Below, one piece after another: positions 20,479 to 31,158 of a stretch of 64,000 nt of DNA. Position 1 is the stretch's first letter. Each line of letters starts with the position of its first letter. The stretch is from an uncultured delta proteobacterium (GTDB lineage Bacteria; Desulfobacterota; Syntrophia; Syntrophales; UBA5619). The position numbers and the translations under genes were made by a program. The notes under the pieces were generated by a model. That model was not told the origin of the DNA, did not search any database, and worked only from the letters and a program-made list of their open reading frames with translations. The stretch lies in NCBI GenBank assembly GCA_963817385.1, contig CAWFOM010000007.1, forward strand, positions 32,001-96,000. Reading direction: 5' to 3'.

Positions 20479-22050
20479 ATGGACTATGACTATCTCGTCG
20501 TGGGCAGCGGCTTCGGCGGCGCCGTCTCGGCGCTGCGATTGGCGGAGAAGGGATACCGAGTTGCCGTGCTGGAACAGGGCCGTCGTGTAAGCCGCGCCAA
20601 CATGGAAGGGGCTGCCAAAAACATCAGACAGCTCTTCTGGCTCCCCTCGCTTGGATGGCAAGGGTTTTTCTCGCAAACCATCTTCCGGCATGTGGGCATC
20701 GTAGCCGGCATCGGCGTCGGCGGGGGCAGCCTGGTCTACGCGGCGGTGCTCGTCGAACCTAAATCGGCCTTCTTTGCCGATCCGGTCTGGAGCAGACTGG
20801 GCGTCGATTGGGAAGTGGAACTGAGACCCCACTATGAGACGGTCAAGCGAATGCTGGGCTGCACCGTCAACCCCTGCCTCGGCCAGATGGACGACTGGCT
20901 GAAACGCACTGCAGAGACAATGAACGCGGGAGACTCCTTCGGTCCGGTGCCGCTGGGTATCTATTTCGGCGAACCGGAAGTGACCCGGCCTGATCCATTC
21001 TTCAGCGGCCGGGGGCCGGAGCGGACCGGCTGCAAGCTGTGCGGCGAGTGCCTGACCGGCTGCCCCCACGGATCAAAAAACAGCCTGGATTTAAATTACC
21101 TCTATCTGGCGGAACGTCTCGGCGTCGAAATCATGCCGGAACGCAAGGTAACTCTCGTCAAGCCTCTGACGGGCGTCGGCTATCGAGTGGAGACGGTCAA
21201 CTCGCTCAACGGGCAGGTCCATGCGCCCCTAACCGCAGACAAGGTGATCCTCGCCGCAGGCGTCCTGGGCACCCTGACGCTGCTCTTTCGCTGCCGGGAT
21301 GAATTCGGAACGCTTCCGGAAATCTCACCGCAACTGGGCCGGATGGCGCGAACAAACAGCGAAGCGATCGTCGCCATCCTGTCGCGCGATCCGACCGCCG
21401 ATCTGGCCAAAGGGACGGCAATCTCTTCGGACTTTTACGCCGATCCCCACACCCACGTCACCCAGAATCGCTTTCCTGCCGGTTACACCTTCATGAAGTG
21501 GCAAGCCGGCCCCCTGGTGGACGATCTTCGGCCGAGGATGCGGGCATTGAAAACGCTCTCCGCTTTCCTGCTGCATCCGTTGCGCTCGACCCTGTCGTGG
21601 CGCGCCGGCAACTGGCACAAGCGGATCAGCGTGCTGACCGTGATGCAGCATCTGGACAACCAGCTTGCCTTTCGCTACGGGAGGGGGCCGCTTTCGCTTT
21701 TCCGCAAATCCCTGCAATCCGTGACAATCCCCGGAAAAGGCGCGCCTGCCTACATACCCGTCGCAAACGCCGCCGCCCGCGCTTTTGCCCGTCACGCGGA
21801 CGGCGAACCGGCCAACGTGTTGCTGGAGAGTCTGGCCAACCTCTCCTTCACGGCCCATATTCTGGGTGGATGTCACATGGGCGGTTCACGCGAGACCGGT
21901 GTGATTGACGCGGCTCACCAGGTGTTCGGGTATCCTGGCCTGTACGTCGTGGATGGAGCGGCAGTTTCGGCAAACGTGGGCGTCAATCCGAGCTTGACTA
22001 TCGCAGCCCTGGCCGAACGATGCATGAGTTTAATCCCGGCCAGACAATAA
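20479..22050 (+). CDS. GMC family FAD oxidoreductase (cholesterol oxidase ChoD-like)
   Basis: GSGFGGAVSALRL, GVGGGSLVY, CKLCGECLTGC, TAHILGG, GVNPSLTI. Confidence 0.88.
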   Translation: MDYDYLVVGSGFGGAVSALRLAEKGYRVAVLEQGRRVSRANMEGAAKNIRQLFWLPSLGWQGFFSQTIFRHVGIVAGIGVGGGSLVYAAVLVEPKSAFFADPVWSRLGVDWEVELRPHYETVKRMLGCTVNPCLGQMDDWLKRTAETMNAGDSFGPVPLGIYFGEPEVTRPDPFFSGRGPERTGCKLCGECLTGCPHGSKNSLDLNYLYLAERLGVEIMPERKVTLVKPLTGVGYRVETVNSLNGQVHAPLTADKVILAAGVLGTLTLLFRCRDEFGTLPEISPQLGRMARTNSEAIVAILSRDPTADLAKGTAISSDFYADPHTHVTQNRFPAGYTFMKWQAGPLVDDLRPRMRALKTLSAFLLHPLRSTLSWRAGNWHKRISVLTVMQHLDNQLAFRYGRGPLSLFRKSLQSVTIPGKGAPAYIPVANAAARAFARHADGEPANVLLESLANLSFTAHILGGCHMGGSRETGVIDAAHQVFGYPGLYVVDGAAVSANVGVNPSLTIAALAERCMSLIPARQ

Positions 22051-22325
22051 GAGGGGAAAAGCTCATCCATTCCGCTGTGGGCTCAGGGAGAAAAAAGTCA
22101 AGAAGCCCTCCGGGCGACCCTCATGATTCGTCAACTCTGGCAACGCTACCCGGAGCCGAGGGGCGGGAAAGAGAAACAGTGGATCGAAGAATGTCTGGTG
22201 GCTTGTAAAAGATTTGATTTCAAAAAATGTTATCAGATCAAGCCACTCACATCCGCGGAGGGCAAATAAGAGTGCGCCCCCTTCGTCACCGATCCGTGAC
22301 GAGCGGATGATTACCCGGCTCGCTG

Positions 22326-22544
22326 CTATGCGGGTACCGTCAATCCGATCTTTTTTAGCCTATACCGCTCCTTAGTCGTGGCCGAAACTATCTGGTAGCC
22401 GAGAACCACCCATGAGTTTTTATCAACAACTTCACCTTCAGACAAGACAAGAACCGGCTGCCCATAAGATGATGAATGTCGTGTTGTAATCTCCGCGCTA
22501 ACCCTCTGCACCTTACCATCATGATTTCTAAAAGAAACGATCAT
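22326..22544 (-). CDS. Small hypothetical protein (72 aa)
   Basis: GGAGG RBS at 22555-22559, sigma54-like promoter upstream, ITTRHSSSYGQPVLV motif. Confidence 0.65.
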   Translation of the reverse strand: MIVSFRNHDGKVQRVSAEITTRHSSSYGQPVLVLSEGEVVDKNSWVVLGYQIVSATTKERYRLKKIGLTVPA

Positions 22545-22592
22545 CAAACGTTATCCTCCCTTATTAGGGTACAATTATTTCCGTATATTTGT

Positions 22593-22610
22593 AAGCACAT
22601 GGGATGCCAA
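22593..22610 (-). promoter_or_regulatory. Putative sigma54 (-24/-12) promoter
   Basis: Minus strand TTGGCATCCCATGTGCTT: GG-N10-GC spacing, about 50 bp upstream of the small gene. Confidence 0.6.
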
Positions 22611-22877
22611 AAGTTGTCACACTAATCAACACCCTAAATTCATGCAGTATATTATGAATGTAGCGAAGTCCGTACTGGCGATTTTGAAGGAATATCCGTG
22701 CACTATAGGCAAATAAATGTATGGTATTGCCCTCATCACATCGATACGAACCTTCGGGATTCAGAGAAATTATAGGACCCCGTGCAGCCTCAAGATATGG
22801 GGCATTCCGTGAGTTTGCTTTTTAATGTATCAAATATTTTGTCCGTTTTTAGGGGTCCCAGGTTTGCTGAGTACCGG

Positions 22878-22905
22878 TGTACTAAAAATTCTGTACTAAA
22901 AATTC
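22878..22905 (+). repeat. Tandem 14-bp direct repeat abutting a -35 box
   Basis: TGTACTAAAAATTC x2, immediately followed by TTGACA (22906-22911). Confidence 0.85.
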
Positions 22906-23035
22906 TTGACATAAGGGTATACGGCTGATATCCGCTTAAGGCTTCAATACCGGCCGTAAAATTACGGAGGTTGGTATCGAGTTCTAAGACGAGCTGACGT
23001 ACCATTACAACTGACAAAAAGAACGGGGAAAACAC

Positions 23036-24400
23036 ATGGGAACACAAGCCAACGTGATGACATGTCTAAAACAGTATATGGCCCAAATGCACACCGTGGA
23101 GCTTCCGCCCCAGGTGCTCCAGAAGGCAAAGCACCATATCCTTGACACCCTTGCCGCCATGATCTCCGGATCGCAGCTTAAACCTGGGCGCTTTGCCATC
23201 ACCTACGCAGAGCAACAGGGGGGTCCGCCCGAGTCACAGGTGGTGGGCAGCCGGGTTCGTGTCTCGGCAATAAACGCTGCCCTGGCAAATGGGATGCTGG
23301 CGCACTCCGATGAAACCGACGACAACCACCCCGTAGGGGGCATCCATCCGGGTTGCTCTGTGGTCCCTGCCGCCCTGGCCGTAGCGGAGCGGGAGGATGC
23401 TAGCGGGGCGGACTTCATTCGGGCGGTGGTCCTGGGCTATGATATCGGTTGTCGGACGATCAGGGCTCTTGGGGGTAGTTTGCCCCTCAGGGCCAGGAAT
23501 CACCTCCCGTTCAGCATCGGCGGGACTATGGGGGCTACGGCGGCCGCGGGAAGTCTTGCAGGGCTGAGGAAGGAGCAGTTTCCGTATCTGTTCTCCTTCG
23601 GCGTGCAGCAGGCATCCGGTGTGATGACCTACGCCCGGGACACCGAGCACATAGAGAAGGCCTTCATTTTCGGTGGCATGCCCGCCCGCAATGGCGTGAC
23701 AGCCGCCACAATGGTAAAGAACGGGTTCACCGGCGTCACTGACGTCTTCAGCGGGGACGGCAACTTTTTCGTCGCTTACTCCGACAAGCCCAATCCTGAG
23801 GAACTGGTTGCTGAGCTGGGATCCCGCTACGAAGTGATGGTTGCCAACATCAAGAAGTACTGCATAGGGGGGCCCATTCAATTACCCCTGGAAGGTTTGA
23901 TGCTGATTATGGAGGAGCACCACATCGGGGCCCGGGAGATCGAAGAGATTGTCGTCCACCTTGAGAAGAGCTTCGCCCATACGATAAACGACCGGGAGAT
24001 GCCGGATATAAACCTCCAATATGTTTTTGCCGTCACCCTTCTTGACGGGAAACTTACCTTCGAGGCTGCCCACTCCTTTGAAAGGATGAAGGATCCCGTT
24101 GTGATGGACTTGAAGTCACGGGTCAAGATTATTGCCGACCCGGAATTGAGCCGCATACTTCCCGCACGCCATGCCATTTTAGAGGTGGTCAACAAGGACG
24201 GGCGAAAAATCGAAAAACGGGTCACAACCTTCCGCGGCAATTCAGATAATCCGCTGTCCACCGAAGAGGTTGAGAAGAAGGCAGGGGATCTCATTGAGCC
24301 CATATTGGGAACTCAGCGGTCTCGAAAGCTGATGGACACGATCTTCCACTTGGAGAGACTCACCAGTATCCGGGAACTGCAACCAATGCTGCAGCGATAG
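23036..24400 (+). CDS. MmgE/PrpD family protein
   Basis: AALANGMLAHSDETDD, HPG, ARNGVTAA..GFTG, IKKY. Confidence 0.9.
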   Translation: MGTQANVMTCLKQYMAQMHTVELPPQVLQKAKHHILDTLAAMISGSQLKPGRFAITYAEQQGGPPESQVVGSRVRVSAINAALANGMLAHSDETDDNHPVGGIHPGCSVVPAALAVAEREDASGADFIRAVVLGYDIGCRTIRALGGSLPLRARNHLPFSIGGTMGATAAAGSLAGLRKEQFPYLFSFGVQQASGVMTYARDTEHIEKAFIFGGMPARNGVTAATMVKNGFTGVTDVFSGDGNFFVAYSDKPNPEELVAELGSRYEVMVANIKKYCIGGPIQLPLEGLMLIMEEHHIGAREIEEIVVHLEKSFAHTINDREMPDINLQYVFAVTLLDGKLTFEAAHSFERMKDPVVMDLKSRVKIIADPELSRILPARHAILEVVNKDGRKIEKRVTTFRGNSDNPLSTEEVEKKAGDLIEPILGTQRSRKLMDTIFHLERLTSIRELQPMLQR

Positions 24401-24563
24401 TGTGATCAGCCGTCATTCGAGAACACTGAGGATTGAAACTGCTCTTTTAAAGTTTTGTTCACCATCCATGTTGGTCCACGTTAAGGTGTGGGTCTTCGCC
24501 GCCGCTCCCCACGCTTGAATGAGGCGGGGGATAAGCCAAAATTGAACAGAAGGAGGGATAATT

Positions 24564-25553
24564 ATGAAAATCATTACCAAATCCAGATTGTTGATTGTGG
24601 TCGGGCTGTTGTTTTTTCTTGGAATCGGGGCCGCCTATGGAGCGTCGGATTTCCCCAGAAAAGCCGTCACCATCGTGTGCCACACCGGCGCCGGCGCAGG
24701 CATGGACCTCTTAGCCAGGGCCATCGCAGCAATGAATGACAAGTACAAACTCTTACCCCAACCGATGTCGGTGGAGAACAAGCCGGGCGGCAGCGGTGCC
24801 GTAGCAATGGCCTATGTAGCGGGCAAGAAGAAAGATCCCTACAACCTCATAACGATTGTGGCTGGGCCGTTTATCCAGACGCCCGTGGTAGAGGGATTGT
24901 CGGTGACTTACCGGGATTTCACGCCCATCGTCGGATTACTGTATGAAGAGGTGGCATTAGTGGTCAACGCCAATTCTAAGTTTAAAACCTTGCGGGATCT
25001 GGTGGATGCCGCCAAGGCCAGTCCCGATACGATCGTAGCAGGCGGCCCCAATAAATCCAGTCAACTCTTCTTCTGCTTTTACGATTTGGAGAAAGCAGCA
25101 GGGGTCAAGATGAAGTACGTCACCTTTGCTGGTGGTGGACAAGCACTGGTAGCGAATCTGGGCGGTCATGTAGATTTTTCCTTGCAGCAACCTTCCGAGG
25201 TCTCGGAGTTAAGAAAGGCCGGTAAGGTTCGCGTTTTGGGAATTTTCTCGGAGAAACGCATTCCCGGACTCCCCGATGTTCCCACGGTTAAGGAGCAGGG
25301 TTTTAATGTCGTCGCCCCACCAACGATGCGGGGCTTTGCCGCCCCGAAAGACATTCCCGCGGATGCCCGCAAAATCTTAGAAGAGGCATTCATGAAGGCT
25401 ACCAAGACCGAAGAATATAAGAAATTTGTCAGTGACATGTTCAGCGTCGAACATATTATGGATGGCGAAACGTTTGGCAAGTGGCTGGCTCAAGAGGAAG
25501 TCCGCTTTCAGAGTGACCTTGACAGAACTGGCTTTCCCTATAAGAAGAAATAG
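24564..25553 (+). CDS. tctC: TctC substrate-binding protein
   Basis: Signal peptide, GAGAGMD, ENKPGGSG, LPDVPTVKEQG. Confidence 0.9.
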   Translation: MKIITKSRLLIVVGLLFFLGIGAAYGASDFPRKAVTIVCHTGAGAGMDLLARAIAAMNDKYKLLPQPMSVENKPGGSGAVAMAYVAGKKKDPYNLITIVAGPFIQTPVVEGLSVTYRDFTPIVGLLYEEVALVVNANSKFKTLRDLVDAAKASPDTIVAGGPNKSSQLFFCFYDLEKAAGVKMKYVTFAGGGQALVANLGGHVDFSLQQPSEVSELRKAGKVRVLGIFSEKRIPGLPDVPTVKEQGFNVVAPPTMRGFAAPKDIPADARKILEEAFMKATKTEEYKKFVSDMFSVEHIMDGETFGKWLAQEEVRFQSDLDRTGFPYKKK

Positions 25554-25570
25554 AGAAAAATATAGCGTCA

Positions 25571-25607
25571 GCGCCGGGTGGCAGGGCCTTGCCTCGCCAC
25601 CCGGCGC
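25571..25607 (+). other. Strong intercistronic hairpin between tctC and tctB
   Basis: GCGCCGGGTGGC...GCCACCCGGCGC, 12-bp perfect stem, no U-tract. Confidence 0.6.
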
Positions 25608-25641
25608 AATGCGTACCGAAATTGAAAAGAAAGAGGGTACG

Positions 25642-26106
25642 ATGAAAAGACATGATCGAATGATCGGCATTATCTTGTTGATCTTCTCTGGACTAATCAT
25701 TTTCGAGACGTTGAGAATCCCGACGCGCCCCCAGACAAGTTTTGAACCCGGGCCGACGTTCCTTCCCTTCTGGGTGGGGGTGACCATTGCGATTCTTTCC
25801 ATCCTTTTGATTGTCTACGCTTCTCGTCTTCCAGCCGAACCTCACAGTCAGACAATCTTTCCGGACGGACGGGGACTCATAAACGTCGGGCTCCTCGTGG
25901 CAACGTTGATTGCTTATACCGCCCTGCTTGATATTCTCGGGTATATCGTCTGCACCGTATCCGCTAATATTTTCCTGATGCGTTTTGTAATGCAGGCGAA
26001 ATGGAAATTTACCCTGTGGGAATCGGTGCTCGTAACATTTTTGCTTACCGTGTCATTCGGGTACCTGATGGAGGGCGGCCTTCCCAAGAATATATTTGGA
26101 TTCTAG
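25642..26106 (+). CDS. tctB: TctB small membrane subunit
   Basis: PGPTFLP motif, TM helices, position in the operon. Confidence 0.88.
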   Translation: MKRHDRMIGIILLIFSGLIIFETLRIPTRPQTSFEPGPTFLPFWVGVTIAILSILLIVYASRLPAEPHSQTIFPDGRGLINVGLLVATLIAYTALLDILGYIVCTVSANIFLMRFVMQAKWKFTLWESVLVTFLLTVSFGYLMEGGLPKNIFGF

Positions 26107-26185
26107 TGACTCTAGCAGGCGTCAGAAAAATCATGTAATGGAGTGCACTGCCAGGATAACTGCGGATAATTAGAGGGATAATATT

Positions 26186-27712
26186 ATGAGCGTATTGGAT
26201 AGTGTATTATTAGGTTTCCAGGTAGCCATGACCCCCGAAAACTTGTTCTTCTGCTTCCTTGGCTGCCTGTTCGGTACGTTTATCGGCGTATTGCCGGGGA
26301 TTGGGCCGAGCGCAGGGATATCGGTACTTCTGCCCCTCACTTTGGGTTTGTCTCCGACTACGGCGCTCATCACATTGAGCGCCATTTATTATGGGGTTAT
26401 GTATGGGGGAACTACCACGTCGGTTCTCCTCAACATCCCGGGCGAAGCGTCTTCGGTAGTCACCTGCCTTGATGGTCATCAGTTGGCCCGTCAGGGTCGC
26501 GCTGCGCCTGTTCTGGGAATGGCCGCCTTCGCGTCGTTCATAGCAGGCACCTTTGGCATCATCATGCTCACCGTCCTGGCGACACCGATCGTCAATGCCG
26601 CCTTGGCTTTTGGGCCGCCGGAATATTTTGCTGTCTGTTTATTGGGATTAACTTTAGTGTCCAGCCTGGGTGGTGAGTCTTTGATAAAGGGGTTCTTATC
26701 TGGTGCGTTTGGACTATTCTTTGCCTGTATTGGTACGGATGTGTATAGCGGCGCACCTCGATTCACCTATGGCCAGATTTACCTTATCGATGGAATCGGT
26801 CTTATCAACATGGCGGTCGGCCTCTTTGCATTGTCCGAAGTAATGATCAATGTGGAGAAAATCGGGGTGCAGGTCTTCGCCCAGTTCAAGGTAAGGATCA
26901 GGGATGTGTTACCAACTCTTCAAGATTGGAAGGATTCCGCAGGAGCTATTGGACGGGGCACCATACTTGGTTTCTTTATTGGCGTGCTTCCGGGGGCAGG
27001 AGCGATCATCGCTTCGTTTCTCGCCTACGGTATAGAGAAAAAGGTCAGCAAACACCCCGAGAAATTCGGTACCGGAGTTATGGAAGGAGTTGCCGCGCCG
27101 GAGTCCGCCAACAACGCCGCCGCACAGGGTGCATTCGTCCCCTTGCTCACTCTGGGACTCCCCGGTTCTCCAACGACCGCCATACTCCTGGGAGCCCTGA
27201 TAATCCATGGAATCCAGCCGGGGCCTTTTCTGATAGGGTCCCATCCCGACCTCTTTTGGGGATTGATCGCCAGCATGTACATAGGCAATGTGATGTTGGT
27301 TATTCTGAACTTGCCTTTGGTCTCTATATGGACGAGCTTGTTGAAAGTCCCTTACGCCGCCATTATGCCGCTTATCGTCTTGCTATCTTGCGTGGGCATC
27401 TATGCGACGGAAAATAACACCTTTGACTTGTGGATGATGATTTTCTTTGGCATCATCGGCTACCTCGGGCGTAAGTTTGATTACCCTCTTGCACCAATGA
27501 TATTGGCTATGGTGCTCGGTCCCCTCTTGGAATCAACTCTGCAGCAATCACTGGTTCTGTCGGGCGGTAGTCTGTCCATCTTTTTTACCCGTCCTATTAG
27601 TGCTTCGGTGATGCTCCTGGCACTGTTTTCTGCATTTGCTCCTTTCTTAATGAAACGGTTTAGAAAAAAAGAACTTAGAGAGGCGATTGTGGAAGGACAA
27701 AATGACTTATAA
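26186..27712 (+). CDS. tctA: TctA large membrane subunit
   Basis: GVLPGIG, YGGTTTSVLLNIPGE, APESANNA, TLGLPGS. Confidence 0.95.
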   Translation: MSVLDSVLLGFQVAMTPENLFFCFLGCLFGTFIGVLPGIGPSAGISVLLPLTLGLSPTTALITLSAIYYGVMYGGTTTSVLLNIPGEASSVVTCLDGHQLARQGRAAPVLGMAAFASFIAGTFGIIMLTVLATPIVNAALAFGPPEYFAVCLLGLTLVSSLGGESLIKGFLSGAFGLFFACIGTDVYSGAPRFTYGQIYLIDGIGLINMAVGLFALSEVMINVEKIGVQVFAQFKVRIRDVLPTLQDWKDSAGAIGRGTILGFFIGVLPGAGAIIASFLAYGIEKKVSKHPEKFGTGVMEGVAAPESANNAAAQGAFVPLLTLGLPGSPTTAILLGALIIHGIQPGPFLIGSHPDLFWGLIASMYIGNVMLVILNLPLVSIWTSLLKVPYAAIMPLIVLLSCVGIYATENNTFDLWMMIFFGIIGYLGRKFDYPLAPMILAMVLGPLLESTLQQSLVLSGGSLSIFFTRPISASVMLLALFSAFAPFLMKRFRKKELREAIVEGQNDL

Positions 27713-27930
27713 TTGACCTACGAATACACAGAGGAGTATGATGTTGGTGCAAAATTTGGATTACTGAATGTTGGGGAAAATGAAGATAATGATGGTGATT
27801 TACCAAGCGATGATTTTATGTGTTCAAGGTGGGAAGAAAAATTAGAGAACGGGCGGCACCAAATTTATTTAACCGAAGTTGAAGTCATTGACAACGTCTA
27901 CGAAAATTTTGACCTCTTAAAAGCAACGGA
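27713..27930 (+). pseudogene. Probable 3' remnant of a phage YopX-family gene
   Basis: AT-rich, no RBS, encodes EVEVIDNVYENFDLLK, resembling the YopX C-terminal EVIGNIYENPELL motif. Confidence 0.55.
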
Positions 27931-27949
27931 CGAAAAATCCGCGACCAAA

Positions 27950-27970
27950 TCTTTGCCCATTCTTTGCCCA
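27950..27970 (+). repeat. 10-bp direct repeat (candidate integrase arm-type sites)
   Basis: TCTTTGCCCA-T-TCTTTGCCCA, about 50 bp beyond the tRNA 3' end. Confidence 0.55.
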
Positions 27971-27971
27971 G

Positions 27972-28010
27972 AAAAACAAAAGGGAACTCCCAAAATCGGG
28001 AATTCCCTTT
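27972..28010 (-). terminator. Rho-independent terminator of tRNA-Lys
   Basis: Minus strand AAAGGGAATTCCC-GATTTT-GGGAGTTCCCTTT followed by a T-rich tract. Confidence 0.7.
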
Positions 28011-28019
28011 AATTTCAAG

Positions 28020-28096
28020 TGGTGGGTCGTACGGGAATCGGACCCGTGACCAACGGATTAAAAGTCCGCTGCTCTACCGGACTGAGCTAACGACCC
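28020..28096 (-). tRNA. tRNA-Lys (TTT)
   Basis: GGGTCGTTAGCTCAG...GCGGA-CTTTTAA-TCCGT...ACGACCCACCA cloverleaf with encoded CCA. The T-loop reads TCCGATT. Confidence 0.93.
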
Positions 28097-28177
28097 GCGA
28101 TCTGAAAGCCCGCCCACATAACAGGAACGGGCATTTTTTGTCAAGCGGAAACATGAGCGGCTGTGATCCGGTCCCCA

Positions 28178-29501
<1,324 letters not shown>

Positions 29502-29525
29502 TTACCGTTGAAGACGCAGGGGTCT

Positions 29526-31110
29526 TTACATTTCCAATTCGGTGACCGAGATCACGTGCGGCAGTCTCCGGAGTTTTTCGATCACATCCGCGGAGGCGCT
29601 GCTGTCGGTGCTCAGGACGACCATCGCCTGGCCGTCGACCTGTTCGCGGCTCAGGTGAAGTCGCGAGATGTTGACGCCGCTTGTGCCCAGGGTCGTGCCG
29701 ATGTTGCCGATAACGCCCGGCTTGTCCTCGTTGAACATGACGAACATCCGCCCTTCCGGGATGACCTCGACCGTAAATTTGTTGATCCGCACGATCCGCG
29801 GCTCCTGACGGCCGAAGATGGTTCCTGCGGCGCCGGCTTCGCCTTTGGCGGTCTTGATCGTCACGGAGATCATGCTTGTATAGTCTTTTACCTCGCTGCT
29901 TTTTACTTCGACCACCTTGATCCCGCGTTCCTTGGCGATGAGCGGGGCGTTGATGTAATTTACGCTCTCGTTGAGGATGGGGGTAAGGAGCCCCTTGAGC
30001 AGAGATATGGTGATCGGGGCGACATTATAGTTAAGGATCTCTCCGCTGTACTCAACGATGACCTCCTTGATGCCGCCGGAAACGAGCTGGGCCTCGAACT
30101 TTCCCAGCTTCTCCGCCAGGACCAGATAGGGGCGGATCACGGCCAAGAGCTCGGCGCGTGACCGAAGGGAAGTTTACGGCGCCCTTGATCTCACCGGTCG
30201 TCAGGTAGGCGACGATCTGCTCGGCGACGGCAATGGCAACATTGATTTGCGCCTCGTCGGTGGAGGCCCCCAGGTGGGGCGTGCAGATGACGTTTTCAAG
30301 CGCAATGAGCGCCGTGTTCTTCGTCGGCTCTTCCTCGAAGACGTCGAGGGCGGCGCCGGCCACCTTGCCGGATACGAGGGCGTCATAGAGATCCTTCTCG
30401 CTGACGATCCCGCCCCGGGCGCAGTTGACGATGTAGACCCCCTTTTTCATCCTTGCAAAGGCAGCCGCATTGATCACCCCCCGGGTCTCCTTCGTCATGG
30501 GGGTATGGACCGTGATGATATCGGCCTGCCGGAAAATCTCGTCGAGGCTGGCCAGCGTGATCCCCATCTGCTGTGCCGCCTCCGGGGCGATGAAGGGGTC
30601 GTAGGCGATGACCTTCATCTTCAGCCCCTGCGCCCGGTCGGCGACGATGCTGCCGACCCTGCCGATGCCGACGATCCCGAGGGTCTTGTTCATGAACTCA
30701 TGCCCGGTGAATTTGCTCTTTTCCCACTTCCCGGCCTTCATCGACGCCGTCGCCTGGGGGATCATCCGGACCAGGGAGAGCATCATGGCGATCGCGTGTT
30801 CGCCGGTGGTGACGGCGTTGCCGCCGGGGGTGTTCATGACGACGATGCCCCGCTTGCTGGCCGCCGGGATGTCCACGTTGTCGAGGCCGATGCCGGCGCG
30901 GCCGACAACGCTCAGTTTCTCGGCGCAATCGATCACCTCCTGGGTGACCTTGGTGGCGCTCCGGATCACCAGGCCGTCGTAATCGCCGATGACCGCCTTG
31001 AGTTCATCGGGGGTCATCTTCGTTCGGACGTCGACCTCGATTCCCGGTGTCTTTTTGAAGATCTCGATCCCTTCCGTGGACAGGTTGTCACTGATAAGAA
31101 TTTTCTTCAT
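29526..31110 (-). CDS. serA: D-3-phosphoglycerate dehydrogenase, long form with ACT domain (frameshift near 30157)
   Basis: RSATKV, GRAGIGLDNVD, TPHLGAST, C-terminal ASB/ACT domains (DKPGVIG). Confidence 0.95.
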
Positions 31111-31158
31111 GAATCATTCCCTCCCTGGGAATTCTATAGAGTTGCGATCTTTTCCCGG

